Source: Malacoraja senta (Eukaryota). From it: a stretch of 64,000 bases of DNA. The translations under genes were made by a program, and so were the position numbers. The stretch lies in the NCBI GenBank assembly GCA_038087875.1, contig CM075990.1, positions 11,534,001 to 11,598,000 of the forward strand. The letters are read 5' to 3'. Of this stretch, positions 50,846 through 64,000 are shown in pieces. The notes beneath the pieces are model-generated. The model did no database searches and was not told where the DNA came from. It saw only the letters and a list, made by a program, of their open reading frames with translations. How positions within the stretch are numbered: the stretch's first letter is position 1; every line of letters starts with the position of its first letter.

Positions 50846-51739
50846 AATGCCAATAAATCCATAATACCTGATTATCATTTATCCTAGATTGTGAAAGTGG
50901 GAGTCTTGAATTGGATCAAGACATTGCTGAGAGATGGTATGATATGGATGTAAAATTAAGGATATCTTTCCATTAAGCGCAGCCATCTTTGGCATGCACC
51001 ATACAAGCTGATGATTGATTCCACAGCAACGAACGCAACACCGACACAGGTGATGGCCCCAGCAGTTCACAATCATTTCTGTTTCACTGGAGTCTTCTTT
51101 CATCCTTTCCCCTCTTCCATTACTTTCTTTTCATAACGAGGTTAATTGGATCGCTTCTAATAAAGAATCCAGCTCTAACATCTTCAATTACAGCGGCATC
51201 TTTCTCTGTTAACGATTGCACAGAACAATCTTAACAAAAAGCTTGTTCATCATTTTAAACAAAAACACTGTTTGATGTGCTTTCTCTTTTGGGCCCCTCA
51301 TTAATCTTTCTACAGGTATGCTCTCGACTGAAACGCTTGTTCTGCCCCACTAGATTATAGTTGCAGATTTGCTTTGCAATTTGAACAAGGTTTATCTTGG
51401 GTGTGTTTGCCATGAAGACCCAGCTGCAATGCATTAACTGACTGTGAACGCTGGTTCAAATTCCCCGACACACCACACATTACGGAGGGAGTTTGACCTA
51501 AAGAGCTGCGAAGAGGCGAATTAAGCCCTAACAGCATAATTGCCGGGCGGTGGCGATGATGGACAAATGAACAGGTTTAATATATGAACGTTTAGTTCTG
51601 AACAACTCCGAGCCGTCGGCGGGCTGAGCAAACCCGTGATTGAACAGAGCACGGTTTCACCAGGGAAAGGGAAGATTTGCACTTGTATGGAACCTTGCCT
51701 GATCGCAGGAAGTCCCAAAAGCACATCGCAACCATCTTC

Positions 51740-51929
51740 GTGTTTAAGAAGGAACTGCAGATGCTGGAAAATCGAAGGTAGACAAAAGTGCTGGAGAAAC
51801 TCAGCGGGTGCGGCAGCATCTATGGAGCGAAGGAAATAGGCAACGTTTCGGGCCTGAAACGTTGCCAATTTCCTTCGCTCCATAGGTGCTGCTGCACCCG
51901 CTGGGTTTCTCCAGCACTTTTGTCTACCT
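51740..51929. mobile_element. Penelope-derived fold-back insertion (second subfamily) with 14-bp TSD
   Basis: tcgcaaccatcttc at 51726-51739 and 51930-51943, with near-perfect inverted arms. Confidence 0.88.
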
Positions 51930-52455
51930 TCGCAACCATCTTCAACGTGCAACCTAAGTTATGGCGCATCAAATGCAAAGTGATAACGACCAGGTAATAT
52001 TGAGGGAGGGTTGAATGAAGGGGGAGGCACCTGGCAAAATAAAACTTTGACTTTTTCCATTCAATAGACAACAGACAATAGGTGCAGGAGAAGGTCATTC
52101 GGCCCTTCGAGCCAGTACCGCCATTCAATGTGATCATGGCAGATCATCCACAATCAGTTCCCCGTTCCTGCCTTCTCCCCATATCCCTAGACTCCGCTAT
52201 CTTTAAGGTGAGTCCAGACGGTGCTTGCATCAGCTTCACACTAATGACAAAGCTAACACGGTGACGTGAAAGTAAGGTATCAAACTGCAAAGCTGCAGCA
52301 CAGGGATGCAAGGGTGCTATACTGCACACACAGCATGCAACACACCTATACTGCACACACAGCAGCTAAGTGATCCACCAGCTAACGGATTGCAGATGAA
52401 CGGCAGTCCTGTCATATCTGGTCATGAACAGCAGTGGTCTGCTAATGCGATGAAA

Positions 52456-52769
<314 letters not shown>

Positions 52770-53124
52770 TATATATAGATAACAGGCAAAAAATGCTGGA
52801 GTAACTCAGTGGAACAGGCAGGCAGCCAACTGGAAGTGGCGGCGCTGTTGCACAGCTGTGGCTCGCCTGCAGTCCGTCTGTTTCTACTTTTGTTGTTGTT
52901 TTCTTTTGTCCTGTTTTAGTTAAATTTTAGTTTATTGGGTTGTGTATGTGTTGGGGGGGGGGTGAAATGTTTTTTGTCTCTTCCTTCGGGGGAATGCGAC
53001 TTTTTCTTGTCGTATCCCCCTTCTCTGCCTCCGTTTGCGCTGAGGCCAAAATGGCGGAGCTGCCGGCCTCCAACTCCAACTGCGACCGACCGACCTCGAG
53101 GCTCCGGAGGCAGAGCCAGGACTT

Positions 53125-53324
53125 NNNNNNNNNNNNNNNNNNNNNNNNNNNNNNNNNNNNNNNNNNNNNNNNNNNNNNNNNNNNNNNNNNNNNNNNNNNN
53201 NNNNNNNNNNNNNNNNNNNNNNNNNNNNNNNNNNNNNNNNNNNNNNNNNNNNNNNNNNNNNNNNNNNNNNNNNNNNNNNNNNNNNNNNNNNNNNNNNNNN
53301 NNNNNNNNNNNNNNNNNNNNNNNN
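53125..53324. other. Assembly gap (200 N)
   Basis: Run of Ns. Confidence 1.
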
Positions 53325-54037
53325 CAAGGGTTCAATCCTGACCTCGGGTGCTTTCCCTGTGGAGTTTGCACCAGGTGCATTTCTTCAGGGTGTTCCAGTT
53401 CCATCCCACATCATAGAGGCATGCATGTTGGTCAGATAATTGGCCATTTAAAATTATACCTAGGGTGTAGGCGAGGGGTATAATCTTGGAGGGGGGGAGG
53501 GGGGGGATGAGGGAATGTGAGGAGAAATAAAATAAGGATTCATGTAGGAATAACCATCAACTTTCTGCTTTAGAGGTGGTTCGTGGTCAGCACATAAGCT
53601 GTGGCCTGTTTCCATGCTGTATCTCTCTTTGACTGATACTGTAAACCTGCAGAATCTGGAACTGCAAAAATATTAATCGGCTTAAACTGGGGAGGTCCTT
53701 ATCCACGAGACTTACAAGGAGAGGGTTGATATTCTGCATGCCTCGTTGCTTTCCCCTTGGTTGTTTTTGGCAGCGTTACACCCCGCTATCCCTATCAAAA
53801 TTGTTTTGGATTTCCATTTGCTGCTGATTGCGTCTCTCAATAGATGTGCTATTTTCATGCATGAAAATGTATTTCAAACGCAGCCTGAATATATCAGGTC
53901 GGGCTAGCAGCAAAGGCCACTAATAGCATCTGCAAACGCCTTAACCATCGTACCCTCCGCACATCAGGCACTTGGCAATGAGGGGAACATGTTTGGATTT
54001 TTGTTCCTTTGCTTCCATTGCATTCTGGCACAAGAGG

Positions 54038-54352
54038 GAGGCACGGTGGCGCAGCGGTAGAGTACAGCGCTTGCAGCGTCGGAGACCCGGGTTCGATCCC
54101 AACCACGGGTGCTGTCTGTATGGAGTCTGTACGTTCTCCCCGTGACCTGCGTGGGTTTTCTCCGAGATCTTCAGTTTCCTCCCACACTCCAAGAACGTAC
54201 AGGTTTGTAGGTTAATTGGCTTGGTGTAAGAGTAAATTGGCCCTAGTGACTGTAGGATAGTGTTAATGTGGGGAGTTAGCTGGTCGGTGCGGACTCGGTG
54301 AGGGAAAGGACCTGCTTCCGCGCTGTATCTCAAAACTAAACTAAACTGAACT
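54038..54352 (+). mobile_element. V-SINE/HE1-type SINE, full length
   Basis: A box TGGCGCAGCGG, B box GGTTCGATCCC and a (CTAAA)n tail. Confidence 0.9.
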
Positions 54353-55167
54353 GAAATAAGGCAAGGACTCCGGAGGATGTGTGTGGAACTGACATGCCTT
54401 TTCCAGTGAAACTCTGATCATTCATTGACCAATTGTTTGGAAATGCAGATGATTCAGCACCTGGCTTATTCGGTAGCCCGTAATTTGAATTGGTGAGTAG
54501 GGTGTGTGGGGCAGGAGAGTGCTAGATGGCCTCAAGTCTATGGGGAGCAGAATAGGGGAGGCAGCCAGCAGACTAGTTGTGTCTACAGGTTTATAGATGT
54601 TTAGATGCTGATGGAAACAAGAGATATGGAATGCATAGGAAAGTGGCACTGAGCTCCAAGATCTTCAAGAATGGTGGAAGAATCACAAGGGGACAAATGG
54701 CCTCCTCCTGCTTATGTTCAACTTGAAACAGAAATGGAATCGAGAATGAGAGATGGTGAAGGACAGGTTGGTGGTTGATGTGGTGCAGGAATGCGATCAC
54801 TCAGTCACTCTGAATGAGGTGAACCATTCCCACGAGTGGCTGCAAAGTACAAAGAAAGTTGACTTTGGGGGAGACGGTGATGGTGACAGACGCTGGACAA
54901 CGGGCCCGGTGAGACGAGCCAGACGGTCTTACCTTCCGCGCCCTCGAGGTCGGCTCTGGGAGCCTCCCCCTCCCCTCTTCCCCGGGGAACGATGGAGGAA
55001 GAGGGAGAGGGACGATGGTTCGCGTGACAGCCAAAATGGAGGAGGAGAGAGGCTGCAACGGACCCTTGTGGTCAGCTGCAGCTGGCACCGTAAAACGCCG
55101 CCAAAATGATGCCTCTTGCATTTGGACTCATTGGGCTGCTCTGTGGATACTGCACTAAATGGGGCGA

Positions 55168-55443
55168 TTGTGTCCATGTACGGGATAGCCTTGTGTCCAT
55201 GTACGGGATAGCCTTGTGTCCATGTACGGGATAGCCTTGTGTCCATGTATGGGATAGCCTTGTGTCCATGTATGGGATAGCCTTGTGTCCATGTACGGGA
55301 TAGCCTTGTGTCCATGTACGGGATAGCCTTGTGTCCATGTACGGGATAGCCTTGTGTCCATGTACGGGATAGCCTTGTGTCTATGTACGGGATAGCCTTG
55401 TGTCTATGTACGGGATAGCCTTGTGTCCATGTACGGGATAGCC
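55168..55443. repeat. Minisatellite, 12 x 23 bp (ttgtgtccatgtacgggatagcc)
   Basis: 276 bp of contiguous units with only single C>T variants and no spacers. Confidence 0.97.
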
Positions 55444-57234
55444 TTGCAGATCTGTATTTCACTGGACCTGCTACACGTGACAATAAAGAAACCATTGACC
55501 ATTGGGAAACCATTGAACATTGACCATTGATTGCTAGAGATCTCCAATGTATCTTGCACTCTGGTCTTTATTATGGGCAGATGGAAATATTGCTGCTGTT
55601 TTTGCTGTATTATAATACCAGATCTGAGATCTTGCAGTCTGTACTTAACGTCAGAAATTTCTCATCTCAATCAGTAAGGGAAGCAGCCTCCGTATAATCC
55701 TGCACATGATCAGTCCACAGTCATCTTAGCGTCCACCCACCGCTGAGTATTACATCTGTGTAGAAGGTGAGTGGCTTTTCATCGAGACAGCGATGAACTT
55801 TGCAGAGATCCAAAGAGAAGTCAGGATGTCATTGATGGATTAGCCGGTGGAGCCTCCACCGAAATTCAGGATAAATGATCAAAGGAAAAGTGTCTGGCTC
55901 CGCGTGTCCTGCGGAACGCTGCGGGCATGATGGCTGCACCAAAGACGAAACAGTTGGGTATCCTGTCCTTCCTGCGAAATGTCAGTGACTCCGGGAAGGC
56001 TGCTTCATCTATCTCGGCAGCGGGAGGCCAATTTATCAAACAGGAAACTCACAGGCTCCTCTGACACCAGGACATTTCAAGACCCAAACCTTTAAAAAAT
56101 ATTCTTTCACAAATGGGCTGCTTGAAATGTTATTCTGCAGGCATTGAATATAGTGGAAACTGCTTGTACTGATTTATTTTTCTTTTGTCCTGACATTTAT
56201 TTTTTTCCTCCACCTCTGTGCCCCTTACCACTTTGATATAATTTCTCGTCTATTCTATTTCTAATTTCTCTCCTTTTATTGAAGGTGACCAGTTGATAAC
56301 TCCTTCCCAATTCCATCCGGGCTATTAAAGATGTGCATTTACATAGCATTATGAATCTAGTAAAACATGCCACGGAGGGTAATTCCCACCGAGCTTACAG
56401 GCCAAGTAATCAAAAGTTCAGCCTTATTTCCATATTTTGTTATGATAGTTCAGCTCATCGAGTCTGTGATAGATTTCGGAGAAAGCCCGTTCCCACACAA
56501 ATCTTCCCTGTAATTTATTCTCCACTCACTCTTATTAAATGAGAGTTGTCACCCGGTTGGGTGAAGAATATTCTCCTTATTCCACTCTCAAATGGCCCGC
56601 CTCTTATTTTTGGCAGTGACTCTGTGTTGTAGGTTCCTTACACGGGGAAACATTTCCCACATCTAACCATCTCATTAGAACATAGAACATGGTACAGAAC
56701 AGGAATTGGCGCTTTGGCTCACAAAGCATAATGCTAAATGTAACTAATCTCATCTACCTGTACATTACCTCCATTACCTGCATATCGATGTGTCTATCTA
56801 AAAGCTTCTTAACCACCACTATCATACCTGCCTTCACTACCAACCCTGGCTGTGTGTTCCAGGCAACCACCACCATCTGAGTAAAAACCTGCCCTGCACA
56901 TTTACATTCCTTCACACTTAGCTCCTTTCACAAAGTTATTCCCTCTAGTCTTCGACATTTCCATCCTGGGAAAAAGGTTCTGCTTGTCTCATACTTTATA
57001 TACTACCAGGTCTACCCTCAGCCTCTGTGGCTCCATTATTACCCATCGAGTTTACTCCACCATTCACCTCTCTTAAATTGTGTGTTGTTGATGTCCCTAC
57101 TATTTGTTTTTGTTTTTTTGTTTTATTCTGCTTATAAGTTTTGTAATCTGCTTATTAAATTGTGTAAGGCGTCCTTGAGAGTCTTTGAAAGGTGCCCATA
57201 AGTATAATGTTAATAATAAATAATAATAATAATT

Positions 57235-57910
57235 CAATCATGGCTGATCTAACCCTCCCTCGCCATCCCATTCTGCTGCCTTCACCCCATAACCCCTGAT
57301 GCCCGTACTAATCAAGAATCCATCTATCTCTGCGTTAAAAATATCCATCAACTTGGCCTTTTATTTTGAGGCTCTGACCTCTGGACCTAGATTCTCCCAC
57401 TAGTGGTATCATCCTCTCCACATCCACTCTATCCAGGCCATTCACTATTTGGTCAGTTTCAATGCAGTCCCCCGTCAAAAACGTACAAAATTCTTATGGG
57501 GTTGGACAGGCTAGATGCAGGAAGATTGTTCCCGATGTTGGGGAAGTCCAGGACAAGGGGTCACAGCTTAAGGATAAGGGGGAAATCCTTTAAGACCGAG
57601 ATGAGGAAAAACATTTTTCACACAGAGAGTGGTGAATCTCTGGAACTCTCTGCCACAGAGGGTAGTTGAGGCCCGTTCATTGGCTATATTTAAGAGGGAG
57701 TTAGATGTGGCCCTTGTGGCTAAAGGGATCAGGGGGTATGGAGAGAAGGCAAGTACGGGATACTGAGTTGGATGATCAGCCATGATCATATTGAATGGCG
57801 GTGCAGGCTCGAAGGGCCGAATGGCCTACTCCTGCACCTATTTTCTATGTATCTATGTATCTATGTATCCTTGTAAACTCCAGCGAGTACAGGCCCAGTG
57901 CCGGCAAACG
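57235..57910. mobile_element. Minus-strand CR1 fragment with a younger plus-strand CR1 (about 57478-57868) nested inside
   Basis: Inner peptide TYKILMGLDRLDAGRLFPMLGKSRTRGHSL; the host resumes at tccttgtaaactccagcgagtacagg. Confidence 0.85.
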
Positions 57911-59624
57911 TTAATTCTTACCTGTCATGATTGCTTTGCACTGATTACGTTTTGATTGCATAATGAAAAAAAAGCAACAAAAATAATCAAGGAGGCATTA
58001 AAAATATCCTCCCTTTAAGAAATACTTAAGCACAAGGAACAGAGATTTCTGATAAGCCTCACTCCCCAAAAATCCAACCGAGCTGTAATGGTGATTCAAA
58101 CATCACAAGGGATTGTTTTCACACTGTCTCTCCTGTTCAGGACTAATAGCACCTCTGACATATTGCAGTCTGGCTGATTTTATTGAATTTGGTTTCCTGC
58201 TGTTATTTACTCAGTGCTATCTAATCGACCTTCAGTCCCTGAATATCAATTATGCCTACAGTAAATGCAAAGAATTTTCCTATGAAATCAGCCGGGGGAT
58301 GTATTGTGCCTGCTCATTATTGAGCTTCTCCGCGGTGATCCAATGTGCTGGGAAGAGGAGTCGGGTTTCCTGAGCAAGTCATGGTCCACAAGTCCCCAAC
58401 ACCGACCAAAATGATATCCTGCCTGCTGGTTACGGCTGATGGATCGGACACTGGGATCGATCGGCTGTTATTTCACGGAGGGCACATTGGTGCTTCCCCT
58501 CCCCCCCCCCCCCCTCTACCACATCACGCCACCCACCCCGTCCCCTGCTTTGGCATTTGCTGGACATTTCAGGCACTCTATCTTTGGGGTTCACAGCCTC
58601 GCAGACAGGAGTCACACATGGTGTGTGCCCTGCTGATGGATGTCCCATTAAAAGACCCATCTGCTGGCTCTTCAAACTGTAATTACAGTTGAAGTGAGCA
58701 ATCCGTCTGCAGAGCTCCCCTCACCACTGAGCCTGACACCTTGGCAGAGATTGGTGGGATTGGGGCAAGGGGAAAATGGATACACGAGGTGGGCTTCGAA
58801 AGAGTTATGATTGCAGCCGCCCGCAGTCAGTAATGATGTACATTTACTGCCCGACTCAAACCAAAGAAGGAAACATTGATTTTAAGTCGTCGGACTGCAA
58901 TCCCATTAATGTGAGAGTCTCGCTTTGCAAACACCATTGAGTTACTCGATCATTCTGTCTTATTTACACCTGAAAACTTGCAGGCAAGGAAACATAATGC
59001 GTTATGAAGACACGGAACGCCACAGGAGATCCTACTACCCTGTGGCTTTCAAACTGTAAAAGTCCTCCCCTTTCTGTCAGAGGGTAGAGTGAGACTGAGA
59101 CTGACTGACCCCCCCACCCACCCCACCAAATCTTTACACGTCCCCAATCTTTTCCACTCGTCACTTCAATTTCACGTTTCATGTATTTTGTGTTTTTGTG
59201 TTTTTATGGACGTTGGCAGATCAATTTCCTTCCTGGGATAAATAAAGTTCTATCATATCGTGTCTATCGTAAGTTTAAATTCCATTTGGAATATTTTGGA
59301 GGACCAAGAACCAAGAACCAAGTAACGCATTTCTTCATTCCTTGCACAACCTCAGAACGTCCCGAAATATTTCAAGATGCTCCTGGAATGTAGCCGCCGC
59401 TGTGAGCAAAGGTGAGGGTCGCCTCAGGGAGGCTATACAGAGCCACAAACATGAGCTTGAATCCCAGCATGGTGACTGGAGTGTTCAAATGGGGTGGCAC
59501 GGTGGTGCAGCGGTAGAGTTGCTGCCTTACAGCGCAGAGACCCAGGTATGATCCTGACTAGGGATGCTGTCTGGATGAAGTTTGTACCTTCAACATTCCC
59601 CGCTGAGGTTCGTCTGCACCTTTA

Positions 59625-59910
59625 AGGGCCTGTCCCACTGTACGAGGTAATTCAAGAGTTCTCCCGAGTTCTCCCCTGATTCGAGCTCGTGTAATGTCCG
59701 TAGGGGCTCGTACGAGTAAAAAGTAACCATTTTTTTCATCACGAGTATTTTTCTACTCACGGACATTTTTCACAGTGTTGAAAAGAATGTCACGAGTTTA
59801 CCGGATTTCCCGAGTACCTACTGTTACTCGTACGAGCCGCTACATACCCGCTATGTACATTACACGAGCCCGAATCAGGGGAGAACTCGGGAGAGCTCTT
59901 GAATTACCTC
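59625..59910. mobile_element. PIF/Harbinger-type MITE with the right tip deleted
   Basis: TTA followed by AGGGCCTGTCCCAC. The subterminal inverted repeat is gaggtaattcaagag / ctcttgaattacctc. The interior is related to 2480-2741. Confidence 0.75.
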
Positions 59911-61559
59911 CTTCACCTCCACCTCTTCCCGTAAGGCATTGCTTGAAACCAAGCTCTTCGAGCTAAACAATCAACTTGACCACATTTCAAGACATGGTCA
60001 AATTGATAACCTCCCAAAAAGAGCTTGGAATTTTCTTAGTTATGCGACATGCATGTTGGTTATATTTCTTCCTCCACTTGCTTTACAATAATAGACGTGT
60101 GAAAAAGTCTTTTATTATAACAATGACGATTTCCTCCGAAATCTGCACATTTTTTCTCTTTATTCATTCAACTTCAGTAGTTAGGATCAAGGTTTTCTGA
60201 CAGTTATGATGAAATATGAAAAGGGAGATGCATGCCTGACTTCCTCAGATTAACATGCTGGACCTTTGTAGATCTCTGAAGTATTTTCCTCACACAATGA
60301 AATGGTTATTAGTTGGAGAGGTGACCTTTTAATATTTTCAAAGCTCACAAATCCCACCAAGTCTTTGATATTTAAAAGCCTGACTCTTAAGTTCTCCGAA
60401 CATTGTTCCTCTCAGGTTGTAGGTTTAGTTGATAAAGATGGAGAATTAAGACCTTTAGTTGCTGATGATGAACTCTCTGATCAGCTAAGAACAACTAATG
60501 TCACAAGGTGACGCTTCGGGTCGAGACCCTTCTTCCGACTGTTACATGGGGCCCAACCATTTGGTATCTGTTGGTGGCCAGACCCAAAACTGAGATCCTT
60601 CCTCACAAAACTGTTGTGGTGGCTGTCCCAGAAAGGGCAGTCATCAGCTACTGGTGCCTCATTTTCAAGAGTGTTTTATTGGCATATGTCCCAGATAGGA
60701 CAATGAAATTCTTACTTGCAGCAGCACAGCGGAATATGTAAACAACTTTCCACACCTTACCCTGTCTCCCTCTCCCCTTGACTCTCAGTCTGAAGAAGGG
60801 TCTCGACCCAAATAGTCCCCCATTTCTTCTATCCACGGACGCTGCCTGTCTCTGGCTTAGTTACTCCAGCATTTGTGTCTATCAGCTACAACTCCCTTTC
60901 CGACTGGCTGCTGTACAACTGTCGTCAGAGTGATTAAAGCTGTTTATATTGTTCACACAGCCTGTTATTTCATGGTAAATTATAAGATAATAAGATCGTA
61001 AGGAATAGGAGTAGAATTACTCCTCCATTCAATCATGGCTGATCTATCTCTCCCTCCTAACCCCATTCCCCTGCCTTCTCCCCATAACCTCAGACACCTG
61101 TACTAATCAAGAATCTATCCATCTCTCCCTTAAAACTATCCACTGACTTGGCCTCCACAGCCTTCTGTGGCAAAGAATTCCACAGATTCACCACCCTCTG
61201 ACTAAAGAGTCAATTTCAGCCAATAACTATGGGCTTGTGTTAACACAATTATATGGCAGCAATCAATATACACCAAGACATTACTGGGGTTGTAATATTT
61301 ACCTAAGTGGAGACAGTGTCTCTAATTGTGAGCTGTGATATGGTCAATAAGTTAATCCAAATTGATCCCAGGTAAGGCAAACATCTTGACTAATGGAACA
61401 ATAAAAACAGCTGTGTGTTCTAATTTTAGCACAGCGTTAACATAATCTCAAACCAATCTCATGAACAAATTGGCATTTCTCTTTTCCATAGTATTCAAAT
61501 TAACTGCTTGATCAGGTTTCCCTTCTGTCCCTGCCGTGACACACAGATGATAAACCAAC

Positions 61560-62372
61560 AGATGGACACAGAAAACTGGAGTAAAGGGCCTGTCCCACTT
61601 GGGCATCATATGCGCGTCATTTTGTGAATCCCAAAATCCTGGGTGGCCGCGCGCAAGCGCGCGTCACTGCCTACATCACCACGCACCATGCGCGCCTAAT
61701 GTGCACCATATGCACATTACATGCTGTCATGACGAGTGCGTTGGGCATCGTGACGCGTAAATGATGTCGCGTAAATGACGCGAAAATGACGTCCAAGTGG
61801 GACAGGCCCTTAACACAGCAGGGCAGGCAGCATCTCTGGAGAATAGCAATAGGCCACGTTTCAGGTTGAGACCCTTCTTTAGACTGAGAGTCAGGGGAAA
61901 GGGAAACGAGAAATATCGACGGTGATATAGAGAGATATAGAACAAATGAATGAAAGATATGCAAAAAGTAATGATGACCAAGGAAAGGTGGAGCACACAA
62001 TGGTCCATTGTTGACTGTGGGCTAGTTGATAATCATTTATACACACAGTGAAACTCAACAGGTCAACAGTGAGACTACTACGATGACTAGGGTGGAGTAC
62101 AGATAGAGAGAGAGGGAATGCTTGAGTTACCTGAAGTTAAAGAAATCAAGATTTCATACCACTGGAGTGTCAGCTGCCCAAGCGAAATATGAGGTGCTGT
62201 TCCTCCAATTTACATTTGGCCTCACTCTGACAATGGTGGAGGCCCTGGACTGAAAGGTCAGAGTGGGAATGGGAAGGGGAGTTAATCTGGGAGATCAGGT
62301 AGGTCCAGGCGGACTGAGCGGAGGCATTCAGTGAAATGATCGCCCAGTCTGCGATTGGTCTCGCTGATACAC
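61560..62372 (-). mobile_element. Penelope-like element 3' fragment with a decayed GIY-YIG endonuclease
   Basis: The minus strand reads CISETNRRLGDHFTECLRSV (decayed YIGET.R.L..RF.EH), then SHSHSDLSVQGLHHCQSEAKCKLEEQHLIFRLGS, then the pLTR block. Confidence 0.85.
61585..61810. mobile_element. PIF/Harbinger-type MITE nested in a Penelope pLTR
   Basis: Perfect TIR AGGGCCTGTCCCACTTGG and a TAA duplication of the host motif ctggag-TAA-c.cagc. Same family as 24222-24438. Confidence 0.9.
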
Positions 62373-62651
62373 ACAACATGCAGGGTAGGTCTTTGGGGCT
62401 GGTGTTCATCATGTGAATATTTCTAAGTCAATGATGACTGGGTCTGTATCAACTGCATGTGTGTTATATTTAATCATGCTTTATAAAACAAACACAAAAT
62501 GCTGGTGTAACCCAACAGGTCAGGCAGCATCTCTAGAGGACATGAGCAGGCGATGTTTCTGGTTGGGACCCTCCTTTAGACTAATTGCAGACTGAGAGTG
62601 GAGAATGACGTACTATGTATCATCATTGTTGAAAACATCAAAGGACACGGT

Positions 62652-62897
62652 GCCTTACAATGCCATGTACGACAGTGATCGCAACTTCTACTGAAGTGTG
62701 GACGGCCGTTGGCTCGCTAGGAGCTCATCCGCCCTTTGTCAGATCTTGTTTTAGGTCCTGCCGTGGGTCCACAGCCCCCTCCTCCCCAGGCAAACCAGGT
62801 GGGCGAGATGGTTTAGTCGCCGACTATCCAACCATTGAGCAGGTAGCACGGGATTACATGGTACCCGAGGCTGGGGATAACTCCCCCCGACCTGACC
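62652..62897. repeat. Unclassified GC-rich interspersed repeat, copy 2 (inverted)
   Basis: Reverse-complement homolog of 4569-4813. Confidence 0.75.
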
Positions 62898-64000
62898 TAC
62901 TTTGCAGATACTATCATAAAACCTAAGAGAGCTTTGGGCAGGTACATGGATAGGAAAGGATTAGAGGGTTATGGGCCAAGCACGGGCAGATGGGCCTAGT
63001 GTAGATGGCGCACCTTGGTCAGCATGGGCAAGTTGGGCCAAAGGGCCTACTTTCACGCTGTATGAGTCTGACTATAACTCTTTGACATTAGTCTGCTTAT
63101 ATTCCAGTGATTTTGGAGGACTTTGAAAGTAGGACTGGTGGCATTTTTTCCACGATATCAACATAGAGTGCAGCAAATAACACCTGCCACCCCTCCCTTA
63201 CATCTGCTTCAAAGCTTGGAAGTTGTGACAATTTCTGAAGGCTCAATGAACAGTAAACCTAAAGGCGATTAGTGCATCCATTAATTTGTTTACGTAGAGT
63301 AGTAAGAGACATTGGTTATAATGGAATAATGTTTTCAAGTAGAATATTTTCCAGTGTCAGTATAAATTCCTTAAATCATTTTCAATTGTTAACTCTTTGA
63401 AGGGTAATAGGAAATACAATCCCAGGCTAGGCAAACAATGCCAGTCAGAAATATTTATGCCAGTAATAAATGCAGAATTATTTTGATTTATCGTAACGTT
63501 GCAAATCTCCCTCAAGGCAGAAACAGGGATTGCTGCTTCTCAGGCCCAGAGTGAAATTCAATGTTTGAACCTTCTTTTACCGATGGCCCTCTGGTAATCT
63601 GACTCGAATGTTCTGGTAAATCAGCCTTATCTATCGACATAAGACAAATTATTGTATCTATCTCATTTACAGCCCCTCTGTTAGCCATCGCCCTGTCAAA
63701 AAGAAAAAATCCCTGTCAAAAGCTTTGGGGAATTGCTGGCTGTAATCTTTTTAAACCATTCTTGGAACTCAATGCATGTGTTTGCCTAATCCTCTCTTTG
63801 ATTAGCGTATAGTCATAATCTTCTCCTGTTTGTTGAGAATGAATTAAAGTGACTGATGCGGAGGTTCATCACTGGGTTTAATGTAACTGTCTGAAGCAGT
63901 TTGTCAGGTCACATTCTGCCATTGCATCAGCTACCACTGTCCTTTCTCTCAGCACAATTGCTTTATTCTTTCGGCTGTTCCTCCTGATTAGTGTCAATTG

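Noticed and set aside
52916..53483. ORFs spanning 53125-53324
   Set aside because: They are artefacts of translating through the N gap.
54038..54110. tRNA genes at SINE heads
   Set aside because: A and B boxes are present, but they continue into the SINE body with no complete cloverleaf or terminator.
55168..55443. Possible CRISPR array
   Set aside because: The units are contiguous with no unique spacers, there are no cas genes, and the context is vertebrate.
55680..56060. GC-richer unique segment with a strong donor-like AAG|GTGAGT at about 55767
   Set aside because: All three plus-strand frames contain stops around it. A non-coding exon cannot be excluded but is unsupported.

Overview
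Repeat-dense, apparently non-coding eukaryotic DNA. The SINE/LINE content (V-SINE/HE1-type SINEs, CR1-type tails, Deu-SINE-like tails) points to a cartilaginous fish, probably a skate or ray (inference). I found no host protein-coding exon; the window looks like a large intron or gene desert, with one 200-N gap at 53125-53324. The long ORFs I could assign come from transposons or simple repeats. Main elements: (1) a full-length but decayed DIRS1-type tyrosine-recombinase retrotransposon (30116-34533) with intact ITRs and ICR, and a readable 3-bp ATT crossover into a SINE; (2) a young 5'-truncated L1 with an open ORF2 C-terminus, poly(A) and a 15-bp TSD (19588-21192); (3) many Penelope-derived fold-back insertions with minimal hammerhead-ribozyme cores and recurrent 14-16 bp TSDs; (4) several PIF/Harbinger-type MITEs with a shared TIR but different interiors; (5) a solo LTR, Rex1 and CR1 fragments, a 12x23-bp minisatellite, and repeat-free AT-rich blocks that are candidate conserved enhancers. 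Family names come from motif recognition, not database searches.
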